From Pseudonocardia sp. (GTDB taxonomy: Bacteria; Actinomycetota; Actinomycetes; Mycobacteriales; Pseudonocardiaceae): a stretch of DNA of 64,000 nt. The position numbers and the translations under genes are program-made. Under the pieces are notes generated by a model. The model was not told the origin of the DNA. It saw only the letters and a program-made list of their open reading frames with translations, and made no database searches. The stretch lies in assembly GCF_025965585.1 (NCBI RefSeq), contig NZ_JAOPWR010000177.1, positions 1,588 to 65,587 of the forward strand, given 5' to 3'. Below, piece after piece: positions 33,426 through 43,888 of this stretch. How positions within the stretch are numbered: the stretch's first letter is position 1; each line of letters opens with the position of its first letter.

Positions 33426-33920
33426 ATGACCGTGACGGACACGCAGGAGAGCTGGCTGACCCAGGAGGCCTACGACCGGCTCAAGGGTGAGCTGGACAGC
33501 CTGATCGCCAACCGCCCCGTCATCGCCGCCGAGATCAACGCCCGCCGCGAGGAGGGCGATCTCAAGGAGAACGGCGGTTACCACGCCGCCCGCGAGGAGC
33601 AGGGCCAGCAGGAGGCCCGTATCCGCCAGCTCCAGGAGCTGCTGCGCACGGCCAAGGTCGGCACCGCTCCCGCCAACTCCGATACGGCAGCTCCCGGCAT
33701 GGTGCTCAAGCTGCGCTACGACGGCGACGACGACACCGAGACGGTGCTGCTGGGCTCGCGCGAGGAGGGCAGCCGCGGGGACCTGGAGGTCATCTCGCCG
33801 AACTCACCGCTCGGTGCGGCGCTGCTGGGCGCCCACATCGGCGACACCCGCGAGTACACGCTGCCCGACGGCGGCAGCATGAAGGTCTCGCTGGTGGCCG
33901 CGGAGCCCTTCCGCGCCTGA
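33426..33920 (+). CDS. greA: Transcription elongation factor GreA
   Basis: [19 protein letters not shown] and [13 protein letters not shown]; GGAGG RBS. Confidence 0.97.
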   Translation: MTVTDTQESWLTQEAYDRLKGELDSLIANRPVIAAEINARREEGDLKENGGYHAAREEQGQQEARIRQLQELLRTAKVGTAPANSDTAAPGMVLKLRYDGDDDTETVLLGSREEGSRGDLEVISPNSPLGAALLGAHIGDTREYTLPDGGSMKVSLVAAEPFRA

Positions 33921-33925
33921 TCGTC

Positions 33926-35164
33926 CTACGCGTTCCGCCTGTCGGTCCGGTCCAGCACGGCGTGACCGGCGGCGCGGAGCGCGTCCACCAGCTCCGCGCA
34001 GTGCTCGGGACCGTGAGTCTCGAGCGTGACGTCCACGTCCACGTCGCCGAGCGGGAGCGCGCCCGACAGCCGGGTGTGCGCCACGTCCATGACGTTGGCG
34101 CCGTGGCTCCCGATCAGGGTCAGCAGGTTCGCCAGCGCCCCGGGCCGGTCGTCCACGCGCACGCGCAACGACAGGTACCGCTCGGCGGCGGCGAGGCCGT
34201 GGCGGAGCACGTGGCCCAGCACGAGCGGGTCGACGTTGCCGCCCGAGAGCACCGCCACCGCGGGGGTCGCGAAGCGGTGGGGGTGCTCCAGCAGCGCGGC
34301 CACGGCGGCCGCGCCCGCCGGTTCGACGAGCAGCTTGGCGCGTTCCAGGCAGTGCAGCAGGGCGCGGGACAGCGCGTCGTCGTCCACGGTGAGGATCTCG
34401 TCCACGAGCGTGGCCACCTGCGGGAACGTGACGTCGCCGGGCCGGCCGACGGCGATCCCGTCGGCGATGGTGCGCATCGACGGCAGCGTGGCGGGCGCTC
34501 CCGCGGCCAGCGAGGGTGGCCAGGTGGCCGCGCCTTCGGCCTGGACGCCCACCACGGCCACATCGGGTCGTAGGGCCTTGACAGCGGCCGCGATGCCCCC
34601 GAGCAGGCCGCCCCCGCCGGTGCACACCAGCACCGTGCGCACGTCGGGCACCTGCTCGAGGATCTCCAGCCCCACCGTGCCCTGGCCTGCGATGACGTCC
34701 ACGTGGTCGAACGGGTGGACGAACACCGCGCCGGTGCGCTCGGAGAACTCGACGGCGGCGGCGATGCTGCCCTCGATGGTCTCCCCGACGAGGTGCACCT
34801 GCGCGCCGTAGCCGCGGGTGGCCCCGACCTTGGGCAGCGCGGCCCCATCGGGCATGAACACCGTGGCCTCGATGCCGAGCATCTGCGCGGCCAGCGCCAC
34901 GCCCTGCGCGTGGTTGCCCGCGCTCGCGGCCACCACCCCGCGAGCGCGCTCGGCGGCGTCCAGGCCGGCGATGCGCGTGTACGCCCCGCGGATCTTGAAC
35001 GACCCGGTGCGCTGCAGGTTCTCGCACTTCAGCCACACCGGCCCACCGCACAGCTCGCTCAGCGCGCGCGCCCCGGCGATCGGGGTGGGTGCCACGACGC
35101 CTGCCAGCAGGTCACGCGCGGCGAGGACGTCGCGGAGCGTGACAGGGGGAACGACGGGCACCAT
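33926..35164 (-). CDS. ilvA: Threonine ammonia-lyase (single ACT domain)
   Basis: KCENLQRTGSFKIRGA, ASAGNHAQG and DRPGAL. Confidence 0.92.
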   Translation of the reverse strand: MVPVVPPVTLRDVLAARDLLAGVVAPTPIAGARALSELCGGPVWLKCENLQRTGSFKIRGAYTRIAGLDAAERARGVVAASAGNHAQGVALAAQMLGIEATVFMPDGAALPKVGATRGYGAQVHLVGETIEGSIAAAVEFSERTGAVFVHPFDHVDVIAGQGTVGLEILEQVPDVRTVLVCTGGGGLLGGIAAAVKALRPDVAVVGVQAEGAATWPPSLAAGAPATLPSMRTIADGIAVGRPGDVTFPQVATLVDEILTVDDDALSRALLHCLERAKLLVEPAGAAAVAALLEHPHRFATPAVAVLSGGNVDPLVLGHVLRHGLAAAERYLSLRVRVDDRPGALANLLTLIGSHGANVMDVAHTRLSGALPLGDVDVDVTLETHGPEHCAELVDALRAAGHAVLDRTDRRNA

Positions 35165-35288
35165 GGCCGCATCCTCGCACCCACCCGATCGGGCGGGACG
35201 GCCACACGGACGGCGGCCCGCACGCCACACCGGTAGCCTCGACGGGGACGGGGTGGGCACGCACAGCCACCGTCGGTGAGGAGAACGC

Positions 35289-35513
35289 ATGACACGGCTG
35301 CGGGCCGTCGCGCCACTGCTGGTGGCGGCGGTGCTGGCGGGCCTCGCCGTGTTCATGGTCCAGCGGGCCGGGTGCGACGACCCCGGGCGCTACGTGCCCT
35401 CTGCAGATGGCTACGTCCTCGTCGGAGGATGCATCGCGCCCGGTGACATCGTCGTGAAGGCACCGGTGGCCCCGCCCACCGTCGCCGATGCGGACGCTCC
35501 CGCCAAGAGCTGA
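35289..35513 (+). CDS. Small exported or membrane hypothetical protein with two Cys
   Basis: GAGGAG RBS; hydrophobic N-terminus; AGCDDPG...GGCIAPGD. Confidence 0.65.
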   Translation: MTRLRAVAPLLVAAVLAGLAVFMVQRAGCDDPGRYVPSADGYVLVGGCIAPGDIVVKAPVAPPTVADADAPAKS

Positions 35514-35546
35514 GCGGCCCCGGTACGGCCGTCCCGACCGCGGACC

Positions 35547-36698
35547 TCAGCCGCGCGCCGCGCCGAGGGCCGTGCGGAGGTCCTCGAGCAGGTCCTCGAC
35601 GTCCTCGATGCCCACGGAGAGCCGCACGAGGTTGTCGGGGACCTCCAGCGCCGACCCGGCCACCGACGCGTGGGTCATGGCCGCCGGGTGCTCGATGAGC
35701 GACTCGACGCCGCCGAGGGACTCGGCGAGGGTGAACAGCTCCGTGGCCGCGCACACCTTCAGCGCCGCCTCCCGCCCGCCCGCGACGAGGAACGACACCA
35801 TGCCGCCGAAGCGGCGCATCTGCTTCGCAGCGATCTCGTGGCCGGGATGCCCGGGCAGGCCCGGGTAGAGCACCTTCTCCACCGCCTCGTGACCGGTGAG
35901 CAGCTCGACGACGCGCTCGGCGTTGTCGCAGTGGCGCTCCATGCGCACGGCGAGGGTCTTGGCCCCGCGCAGCGTCAGCCAGGCGTCGAACGGGCCGGGG
36001 ACCGAACCCACCGAGTTCTGGGTGAACAAGATCCTCTCGGCCAGCTCGTCGTCGCTGGTGACGAGCGCGCCGCCGACGACGTCGGAGTGGCCGCCGACGT
36101 ACTTCGTCGTGGAGTGCAGGACGACGTCGGCGCCCAGCGCGAGGGGATTCTGCAGGTACGGCGAGGCGAACGTGTTGTCGACGACGAGCCGCGCGCCCCC
36201 GGAGTGGGCCACCTCGGCCAGCGCGGCGATGTCGGCGATGCCCAGCAGCGGGTTGGTGGGCGTCTCGCACCAGACGAGCTTCGTGGCGGGACGCAGTGCG
36301 GCGCGCAGCGCGTCGACGTCACCGAGGTCCACGGGCGTGTACTCGACGCCCCACGGCACCAGGATCTTGTCGACGAGGCGGAACGTGCCGCCGTACGCGT
36401 CGTGCGGGATGACGACGTGGTCCCCGGGCTTGAGCAGCACGCGCATGAGCACGTCGGACGCGCCCATGCCGGAGCCGAACGCCACGCCGTGCCGGCCGTC
36501 CTCGAGCGCGGCGAGGCACTCCTGGAGAGCCGTCCGCGTGGGGTTCGCGCTGCGGGAGTACTCGTACCCTCCCTCGCGCAGCCCGCCGACGCCGTCCTGG
36601 GCGAAGGTGGACGACGGGTGGATCGGCGTGATCACCGCGCCGGTGGTGGGGTCGGGAGCCTGACCGGCGTGGATGGCCTTGGTCGAGAAGCCGTGCAT
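35547..36698 (-). CDS. metB: Cystathionine gamma-synthase/lyase
   Basis: YEYSRSANPT, HSTTKYVGGHSD and LAESLGGVESL. Confidence 0.93.
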   Translation of the reverse strand: MHGFSTKAIHAGQAPDPTTGAVITPIHPSSTFAQDGVGGLREGGYEYSRSANPTRTALQECLAALEDGRHGVAFGSGMGASDVLMRVLLKPGDHVVIPHDAYGGTFRLVDKILVPWGVEYTPVDLGDVDALRAALRPATKLVWCETPTNPLLGIADIAALAEVAHSGGARLVVDNTFASPYLQNPLALGADVVLHSTTKYVGGHSDVVGGALVTSDDELAERILFTQNSVGSVPGPFDAWLTLRGAKTLAVRMERHCDNAERVVELLTGHEAVEKVLYPGLPGHPGHEIAAKQMRRFGGMVSFLVAGGREAALKVCAATELFTLAESLGGVESLIEHPAAMTHASVAGSALEVPDNLVRLSVGIEDVEDLLEDLRTALGAARG

Positions 36699-36746
36699 GC
36701 CGTGAACGCTACGCAGCCGCGCCGGCACGCCACCGCCGGGTGGCCC

Positions 36747-38111
36747 TCACGAGCCGAGGAACGCCAGCACGTCCGAGCGGGTGACGACGCCTGCGGGCTT
36801 GCCGTCCACCAGCACCAGGGCGGCGTCGGCCTTCGCGAACGCGCCCATCGCCGTCTCCAGCGCCTCCCCCGCGCCGATCGTCGGCAGCGGGCCGGACATG
36901 TGCTTCTCCAGCCGGTCCGACAGCTGCGCGCGGCCGGTGAACAGCGCGTCGAGCAGGTCGCGCTCGACGACCGCGCCCGCGACCTCGGCCGCCATCACGG
37001 GCGGCTCGGCCCGCACCACGGGCATCTGCGAGACGTGGAACTCGCGCAGGTAGTGCACGGCGTCGGCGACGGTCTCGTTCGGGTGGGCGTGCACGAGATC
37101 GGGCATCGAGCCGTCCTTGCGGCGCAGCACGTCACCCACGGTGGAGCCCTGCGACGGCGGAAGGAAGCCGTAGCCCGACATCCACGCGTCGTTGAAGACC
37201 TTGCCCAGGTAGCCGCGGCCGCCGTCGGGCAGCAGGACGACCACCACCGCGTCGTCCGGGAGGTCGGCGGCCAGCCGCAGCGCCGCGACCGTGGCCATCC
37301 CGCACGAGCCGCCGACGAGCAGCGCCTCCTCGCGGGCCAGCCTGCGCGTCATGTCGAAGGAGTCGCCGTCGGAGACCGCGATGATCCGGTCGCAGATGTC
37401 CTTGTCGTAGGTGGTGGGCCAGAAGTCCTCGCCGACACCCTCCACGAGGTACGGCCGGCCCGAGCCGCCGGAGTAGACGGAGCCCTCCGGGTCGGCGCCG
37501 ATCACCTGGACGCGGCCTCCGGACACCTCCTTGAGGTATCGCCCGGTGCCGCTGATGGTGCCGCCGGTGCCGATGCCCGCGACGAAGTGCGTGATCTGCC
37601 CGCCGGTCTGCTCCCAGATCTCCGGGCCGGTGCTGAGGTAGTGCGACTCGGGGTTGTTGACGTTCGCGTACTGGTTGGGCTTCCAGGCGCCGTCGATCTC
37701 GTCGACGAGGCGGTCCGACGTCTTGTAGTAGGAGTCCGGGTGGTCCGGGTCCACGGCGGTCGGGCAGACCACGACCTCGGCCCCGTACGCGCGCAGGACG
37801 TTGCGCTTGTCCTCGCTGACCTTGTCCGGGCAGACGAACACGCACTTGTAGCCCTTGCGCTGCGCCACCATGGCCAGCCCGACGCCGGTGTTGCCCGACG
37901 TGGGCTCCACGATCGTGCCGCCGGGACGGAGCTCACCGGAGGCCTCGGCGGCCTCGATCATGCGGAGCGCGATGCGGTCCTTCACGCTGCCACCGGGGTT
38001 GAAGTACTCGACCTTGGCCAGGACCGTGGCCCCGATTCCCTCGGCGACCGCCCCGAGCCGGACGAGTGGAGTGTTCCCGACCAGGTCGGCGACGTGCTCG
38101 ACGTAGTGCAT
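36747..38111 (-). CDS. cbs: Cystathionine beta-synthase with CBS pair
   Basis: KVEYFNPGGSVKDRIA, PTSGNTG, GIGTGGT and C-terminal CBS domains. Confidence 0.95.
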   Translation of the reverse strand: MHYVEHVADLVGNTPLVRLGAVAEGIGATVLAKVEYFNPGGSVKDRIALRMIEAAEASGELRPGGTIVEPTSGNTGVGLAMVAQRKGYKCVFVCPDKVSEDKRNVLRAYGAEVVVCPTAVDPDHPDSYYKTSDRLVDEIDGAWKPNQYANVNNPESHYLSTGPEIWEQTGGQITHFVAGIGTGGTISGTGRYLKEVSGGRVQVIGADPEGSVYSGGSGRPYLVEGVGEDFWPTTYDKDICDRIIAVSDGDSFDMTRRLAREEALLVGGSCGMATVAALRLAADLPDDAVVVVLLPDGGRGYLGKVFNDAWMSGYGFLPPSQGSTVGDVLRRKDGSMPDLVHAHPNETVADAVHYLREFHVSQMPVVRAEPPVMAAEVAGAVVERDLLDALFTGRAQLSDRLEKHMSGPLPTIGAGEALETAMGAFAKADAALVLVDGKPAGVVTRSDVLAFLGS

Positions 38112-38243
38112 GCGTCCATCGTCGCACCCGGGGCACGGGTCCTGGACCGGGGGAACGGGCCACGGAGCCCGTACGTTGATCACCGGCACGAGGGGGAGGA
38201 TCTGCGCACGGGGCACGAGAACAGGTCCAACGCCGCCAAACGG

Positions 38244-38642
38244 ATGGCCGTGCCCGTCGCGGGCGGGGCGGTGCCGGTCGTCGGTGTGGTGCTCCTCGTG
38301 CTCCCCGGGCCGGGCCTGCTGCTCGTGCCGGCCGGGCTGATCATCCTGGCCACCGAGTTCCCGGCCGTCGAGATGTACGTCGGCCCCGTGCGGGACCGCG
38401 CGATGAGGGCCGCCGAGGAGAGCGTGTCGTCTCCGCCGCGGATCACCGGCTCGGCGCCCGCCGGCCTGGCGCTGATCGCGGCCGGGGTCATCCGGGGGCT
38501 CGTCCCGGCGCTCCCGCTCGGTGGCTTGGCCACCGGATCGAGCCTCGTGCTCTCCGGCGTGGTCCTGCTCGCGCTGCTCGTCCACAGCTACCGGCGGGCG
38601 CGGTCCCGCCGGGCGGGTTCCCGCTCGTCGGAGCCCGCGTAG
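38244..38642 (+). CDS. PGPGW-family membrane protein (start uncertain)
   Basis: LLVLPGPGLLL...ILATEFP. Confidence 0.7.
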   Translation: MAVPVAGGAVPVVGVVLLVLPGPGLLLVPAGLIILATEFPAVEMYVGPVRDRAMRAAEESVSSPPRITGSAPAGLALIAAGVIRGLVPALPLGGLATGSSLVLSGVVLLALLVHSYRRARSRRAGSRSSEPA

Positions 38643-38957
38643 CGCCTTCACCAGCGTCGTCGGCGGCTGTACGGACTCGTACGGATCTCGCGCTCCACCC
38701 CCTCCGTGGCGCAGACCACACCGCCGACCTACTACTCTTCGCAACCTCAGAGCGCTCTACCGGTGCCGACGGGCACATCGGCCGGGTGAACGGAGCCCTC
38801 TGCGTCAGCTCCCCGATGTCGTTCGGACGGCACATGCACTTCGGTGTGCCGCCCGGCGGCGCGGAACCATGCAGCACCCAGCAGGAGGGGCACGCCTGTA
38901 GTGGCCGGGCACGGAGAGGACGGCGCGGGGCACGACCCGGAGGGGGGCCGGGAGGGG

Positions 38958-39635
38958 GTGAACCGCGTCGTGGAGAAGAACGCTGCGCACGAGAACCACG
39001 AGAACACAGGGCACGAGAACAGTGGGCACGAGAGCGCCGGGCACAAGAACAAGAATGAGGTGGAGCTCGACGCGCTGGCGGGGCGGGCCACGGCGGGGGA
39101 CGCGGAGGCGCTGAACCGGTTCCTCGAGCTGATCAGGACGCCCGTGGTGCGTTACTGCCGCGCGCGAATGGGCGAGGGCATCGGGCTGCTCACCGCCGAG
39201 GACGTGGCGCAGGACGTCCTGCTGGCCGTCTGCGGGGCCCTGGGACGCTTCCGGCCGGGCGAGACGGCCTCCATGGCGTTCGTCTACGGCATCGCCCGCA
39301 ACAAGGTGGTGGACGCCTTCAGAGCGTCGGGACGTGACCGCTCCGACCCCACCGAGGCTGTGCCCGACTCCAAGGAGGACGCGCTGAGCCCCGAGGACGT
39401 CGCCGTCTTCAGCTCCGATGTCGGACTGCTCCGCGAGCTGCTGGAGGCGCTCACCCCGGCCCACCGCGAGGTCCTGGTGCTGCGGGTGGCGCTGCAGTAC
39501 AGCGCCGACGAGACCGCCCGCATCGTGGGATCCACGCCGGGCGCGGTGCGCGTGACGCAGCACCGCGCACTGACGAAGCTGCGCGGGCTGCTGGCCGAGC
39601 GCATTCGGGAGAACCCGGACCGGGACGGGCTCTGA
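38958..39635 (+). CDS. ECF sigma factor (SigD/ShbA-like)
   Basis: VVRYCRARMG, AEDVAQDV, YGIARNKVVDAFR and TPGAVRVTQHRAL. Confidence 0.9.
   Translation: MNRVVEKNAAHENHENTGHENSGHESAGHKNKNEVELDALAGRATAGDAEALNRFLELIRTPVVRYCRARMGEGIGLLTAEDVAQDVLLAVCGALGRFRPGETASMAFVYGIARNKVVDAFRASGRDRSDPTEAVPDSKEDALSPEDVAVFSSDVGLLRELLEALTPAHREVLVLRVALQYSADETARIVGSTPGAVRVTQHRALTKLRGLLAERIRENPDRDGL
38986..39057 (+). repeat. Degenerate 9/15-bp tandem repeats (cacgagaac core)
   Basis: Encode HENHENTGHENSGHESAGHKNKN in the sigma-factor frame. Confidence 0.75.
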
Positions 39636-39641
39636 CCCCGC

Positions 39642-40097
39642 TCACGCGCGTTCGATGCGGCGGAGCCCGCGCCCGGGCGTCCACGTCTCGATCAGCAGGG
39701 CCGTCGCGTCCTCGGTGAGCCGGGTGACCACCACCTCGCCGACGTCGGCACGGAACAGGTCGCCGTCGGGTGGGCCGGCGAGCTGCCCCACGTACACGGC
39801 GCGCCCGGCCACCTTCGCGTCGCCGGGCCACACGGCCTCGTCGCCCTCGGGCGGGTCCACCGAGGCGCTGTGCAGCGCGAACCGTGCGTCGCGGTGCAGG
39901 TCGGCGCCCTTGCGCGCACCGGGCATCGACCCGAAGGTCAGCTCGCCGTCGATGAAGGTGCACTCGATGCCGGAGATCCGGGGCGCCCCGTCGGCCCGGA
40001 GCGTGGCGACGGTCTTGTGCTTGTGCGCGTCGAGGATCCGGCGGGCCCGCGCGGCGAGCTCGGGGGCGGCGTCCTCGACGTCCTTCCAGGTGGCCAT
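39642..40097 (-). CDS. Pyridoxamine 5'-phosphate oxidase-like protein
   Basis: VATLRADGAPRISG and KGADLHRDARFALHS. Confidence 0.85.
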   Translation of the reverse strand: MATWKDVEDAAPELAARARRILDAHKHKTVATLRADGAPRISGIECTFIDGELTFGSMPGARKGADLHRDARFALHSASVDPPEGDEAVWPGDAKVAGRAVYVGQLAGPPDGDLFRADVGEVVVTRLTEDATALLIETWTPGRGLRRIERA

Positions 40098-40308
40098 GCG
40101 ACGAGCATGACAGCCAAACATGACGAGGTCTGTCAGGTTTGCGGTCGTCGCCGACGTTCCTGCATCCTCGCAGGGTCTGCAGCCCTGCGAAGTGGGAGAA
40201 GGTCTGCGAGGTGAGCGGGCCACGTCACGCGCGCAGGGCGAGCCACCTGCGGTTACCCATGAGTACGCTCGCCGACGAGAGCATGCCCCCTCACCAAGGA
40301 GAACGACG

Positions 40309-41529
40309 ATGCCCGAAGCCGTGATCGTCGCGGCGGCCCGATCCCCGATCGGCCGTGCGTTCAAGGGCTCGCTGGCGAGCATCCGCCCCGACGACCTGAC
40401 CGTGCAGATGGTGCAGGCCGCGCTGGCGCAGGTACCCGAGCTCGACCCCACCACCATCGACGACCTCATGCTCGGCTGCGGCCTCCCCGGCGGCGAGCAG
40501 GGCTACAACATGGCCCGCGTCGTGGCCGTGGCGCTGGGCTACGACTCGGTGCCCGGCACCACCATCACCCGCTACTGCTCGTCGTCGCTGCAGACCACGC
40601 GCATGGCGCTGCACGCGATCAAGGCCGGCGAGGGTGACGTGTTCATCTCCGCCGGTGTCGAGACCGTGTCGCGGTTCGCCAAGGGCAACTCGGACTCGCT
40701 GCCCGACACGCAGAACCCGCTGTTCGCCGAGGCCGGCGAGCGGACGAAGGCCAGCGCCGAGTCGGGCGCCGACACCTGGACCGACCCGCGCACCGAGGGC
40801 AACGTCCCCGACGTCTACATCGCGATGGGGCAGACCGCGGAGAACCTGGCGCGCGCCAAGGGCGTCACCCGCGAGGACATGGACCGCTTCGGCGTCCGCT
40901 CGCAGAACCTCGCCGAGAAGGCCATCGCCGACGGCTTCTTCGCCCATGAGATCACCCCGGTCACGCTGCCCGACGGCACCGTCGTCTCCACCGACGACGG
41001 CCCCCGCGCCGGCACCACCTACGAGGGTGTCTCGCAGCTCAAGCCGGTGTTCAGGCCCGACGGCCTGATCACCGCGGGCAATGCGTGCCCCCTCAACGAC
41101 GGCGCCGCGGCTCTGGTCATCATGTCCGACACCAAGGCCGCCGAGCTGGGGCTCACCCCGCTCGCGCGCGTCATCTCCACCGGCGTCTCGGGCCTCTCGC
41201 CCGAGATCATGGGCCTCGGCCCCGTGGAGGCCTCGAAGAAGGCGCTGGCGCTCGCCGGCATGACGATCGACGACATCGACCTCGTCGAGATCAACGAGGC
41301 GTTCGCCGCGCAGGTCCTCCCATCGGCCCGCGACCTGGGCATCGACGAGGACAAGCTGAACGTCAACGGCGGCGCGATCGCGCTCGGCCACCCGTTCGGC
41401 ATGACCGGCGCCCGCATCACCACCACGCTGCTGAACGGCCTGCGCACCCACGACAAGACCATCGGGCTCGAGACGATGTGCGTCGGCGGCGGCCAGGGCA
41501 TGGCGATGGTGCTCGAGCGCCTGAGCTGA
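40309..41529 (+). CDS. Acetyl-CoA C-acyltransferase (thiolase, FadA3-like)
   Basis: RYCSSSLQ, NEAFA, GHPFG and MCVGGGQG; AGGAG RBS. Confidence 0.95.
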   Translation: MPEAVIVAAARSPIGRAFKGSLASIRPDDLTVQMVQAALAQVPELDPTTIDDLMLGCGLPGGEQGYNMARVVAVALGYDSVPGTTITRYCSSSLQTTRMALHAIKAGEGDVFISAGVETVSRFAKGNSDSLPDTQNPLFAEAGERTKASAESGADTWTDPRTEGNVPDVYIAMGQTAENLARAKGVTREDMDRFGVRSQNLAEKAIADGFFAHEITPVTLPDGTVVSTDDGPRAGTTYEGVSQLKPVFRPDGLITAGNACPLNDGAAALVIMSDTKAAELGLTPLARVISTGVSGLSPEIMGLGPVEASKKALALAGMTIDDIDLVEINEAFAAQVLPSARDLGIDEDKLNVNGGAIALGHPFGMTGARITTTLLNGLRTHDKTIGLETMCVGGGQGMAMVLERLS

Positions 41530-41541
41530 CCCGTAGAACGC

Positions 41542-41584
41542 AACGACCCGGTACCCCCGTCGGACAGGGGTGCCGGGTCGTTTC
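41542..41584. terminator. Bidirectional intrinsic terminator
   Basis: aacgacccggtacccc...ggggtgccgggtcgttt between convergent genes. Confidence 0.8.
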
Positions 41585-41600
41585 GCGTCTGCGGCAGGAG

Positions 41601-42413
41601 CTAGCTCTGACGCAGGTAGCTCAACAGGCGCAGGATCTCCAGGTAGAGCCACACCAGCGTGGTCATGAGGCCGAAGGCGATGTACCACGCGAACTTCGCC
41701 GGGGCACCACCGCGGATGGCCCGGTCGGCCTGGTCGAAGTCGAGCAGCAGGCTGAACGCCGCCACCCCGATCACGACGAGGCTGAAGACGATGGCCAGCG
41801 GGCCGCCGTCACGCAGGCCGGTGTTGATGCCGAACAGGCTCATCACCAGGTTGAACAGCATCAGCACGACGACGCCGACCAGTGCGCCCATCAACCACTT
41901 GGTGAACCGCGGCGTGACCCGCACGGCGCCGGTCTTGTAGACCACCAGCATGCCGATGAACACTCCGGCGGTGCCGACGACGGCCTGCAGCGCGATGCCG
42001 GGGTAGATGTTGTTGAAGAGGCCGGTGATCGCCCCGAGCGCGATGCCCATCGCGGCGGAGTAGACCAGCACCAGCGGTGCCTTCGCGAGGTTCGGCTTGA
42101 AGATCAGCACCAGCGACACGATGAACCCGACGATGAACGCCGGGAGCGCGAGGACGTACGCGCCCGTGACGGCCGTGAGGATGCCCGTGACCAGCGCGGT
42201 ACCGGCCGACAGGGCTGTCTTCATGACGATGTCGTCGACGGTGATCGGACGCTCGCCGACCTCGGCGCGCCCGTACCCGACCTGCGAGGCCCGGGCGTCG
42301 GCGTAAGCGGCGGCGCCACCCATCGCGCCGCCGCCCTGGCGGTCGAAAGTGGCGTATCCGCCGGCCTGCCCCTTGGGCAGGTTACGGAAAGCCGGGTTGC
42401 TACTGCTGCGCAC
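41601..42413 (-). CDS. Bax inhibitor-1/YccA-family membrane protein
   Basis: SSNPAF, ITVDDIVMKT and TLVWLYLEILRLLSY. Confidence 0.92.
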   Translation of the reverse strand: MRSSSNPAFRNLPKGQAGGYATFDRQGGGAMGGAAAYADARASQVGYGRAEVGERPITVDDIVMKTALSAGTALVTGILTAVTGAYVLALPAFIVGFIVSLVLIFKPNLAKAPLVLVYSAAMGIALGAITGLFNNIYPGIALQAVVGTAGVFIGMLVVYKTGAVRVTPRFTKWLMGALVGVVVLMLFNLVMSLFGINTGLRDGGPLAIVFSLVVIGVAAFSLLLDFDQADRAIRGGAPAKFAWYIAFGLMTTLVWLYLEILRLLSYLRQS

Positions 42414-42533
42414 CTGTTCCTCCTCGGAATGCGATCGCGCTGTTCGACCACTTCAACGCGCGAACCGCACCGGGCGTTCCCGGCACGGTAAAGAAGATTT
42501 TACTGCCGGCGGAGACGGCAGCCCCCGTGCGCA

Positions 42534-42929
42534 TCATGCCGCAGCCGTCCCACCGGAAGGCGGGTCGAGCGCGATCCCCGCCTCCTCGAGCTCGGCCTCG
42601 GTCAGCAGGCGGGCGAACGCACGGTCGGACTCGCTGGCCGAGCCGAGCGGGGCGTCCACGCCCACGATCCCGCACACCTGGATCAGCGTGGCGTCGTAGG
42701 CGGAGTAGAGCGCGAGCCTGCGAACCTGAGTGGGCGCCGCACCGCCGCGCACCTCGCGACGCAGCCGGCGCAGGTTGGCCACCGCCGACTCGAGGCGCGG
42801 CGGGGGCGGGGCGTGCCGCCGCGCCCACCAGTCGTCGATCCGTTCGACGGCAGCCGGAAGCAGCCGCAGGGCCAGCCAGAACAGGAGCGTCGGCGCGGCC
42901 GCGACCAGGAGGTAGAGCAGCAGGCCCAT
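42534..42929 (-). CDS. Hypothetical membrane-anchored protein
   Basis: N-terminal TM helix; LRRLRREV...AYDATL...EAELEEAG pattern. Confidence 0.7.
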   Translation of the reverse strand: MGLLLYLLVAAAPTLLFWLALRLLPAAVERIDDWWARRHAPPPPRLESAVANLRRLRREVRGGAAPTQVRRLALYSAYDATLIQVCGIVGVDAPLGSASESDRAFARLLTEAELEEAGIALDPPSGGTAAA

Positions 42930-43003
42930 CAGGACCGGACGGTCACCCGTCACCACCGTGACGATACGCCGCCACGGCCCGCGCGGCCCCGGGTTTCTCG
43001 ACG

Positions 43004-43888
43004 TCAGGCCAGGGTCGCCGGCGCCGCGGCCACCGGCCGCCCCGGCACCGGAGTGCCTGCGCCGCCGGATCCCGCTCTGGCGCGTCGCGTCCGCTGCCCC
43101 GTCCGGCTCTCCAGCCGTGACGCCAGCCGCGACAGCGCGAAGTTCACCACCACGTAGATGAGGGCGACGATCAGATAGGTCTGCACCAGCAGGTGGGTGT
43201 AGACGGTGAGGTTGTTGCCCTGCTTCATCAGCTCCGGGTAGCTGACGACGTACCCGAGCGTGGAGTCCTTGAGCAGCGCCACGAGCTGCGTCACCAGCGT
43301 GGGTACCACCAGCCGGACGGCCTGCGGCAGCACAACCACCCGCATCACCGTCCCCTCGCGCATCCCCACCGCGACACCCGCCTCGAACTGCCCGCGGTCG
43401 ACGGCGTTGACGCCCGCGCGGAAGATCTCGGCCAGCACCGCCGTGTTGACCAGCACGATCGGGACGACGAGCTTCCACAGCAGCGGGAGATTGATCCCGA
43501 ACCGGGGCAGCGCGAGCAGGAACGCGTAGATGAGCAGGAGCAGCGGCACGCCACGGAACAACTCGACGTACGCCGTGGACACCCAGCACACCGGCCGCGT
43601 CCGCGACAGCCGTCCCAGGGCCAGCACGACCCCGAGCGGGAACGACAGGACGGCGGCGAGCGCGGTCGCGACGAGCGTGCCGACCAGGCCCTGCCCGAGG
43701 AAGCGGATGTAGGGGATCTGCAGGAACGGAGCCCACCGGCTGCGCCCGAGCTGCCCGCTCCTCGCGAACTGCCACACCGCGAGCGCCACCAGCGCGGCCA
43801 GCAGGACCAGGCCCAGAAAGGTGAACAGCCGGATCCGGGCTCGCCCACGCGGGCCGGGCTCGTCGAACAGCACGCGCGAGGCCGTCAC
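43004..43888 (-). CDS. Polar amino acid ABC permease (GluD-like)
   Basis: VLFDEPGPR, VELFRGVPLL, AEIFRAG and LLKDSTL. Confidence 0.92.
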   Translation of the reverse strand: MTASRVLFDEPGPRGRARIRLFTFLGLVLLAALVALAVWQFARSGQLGRSRWAPFLQIPYIRFLGQGLVGTLVATALAAVLSFPLGVVLALGRLSRTRPVCWVSTAYVELFRGVPLLLLIYAFLLALPRFGINLPLLWKLVVPIVLVNTAVLAEIFRAGVNAVDRGQFEAGVAVGMREGTVMRVVVLPQAVRLVVPTLVTQLVALLKDSTLGYVVSYPELMKQGNNLTVYTHLLVQTYLIVALIYVVVNFALSRLASRLESRTGQRTRRARAGSGGAGTPVPGRPVAAAPATLA

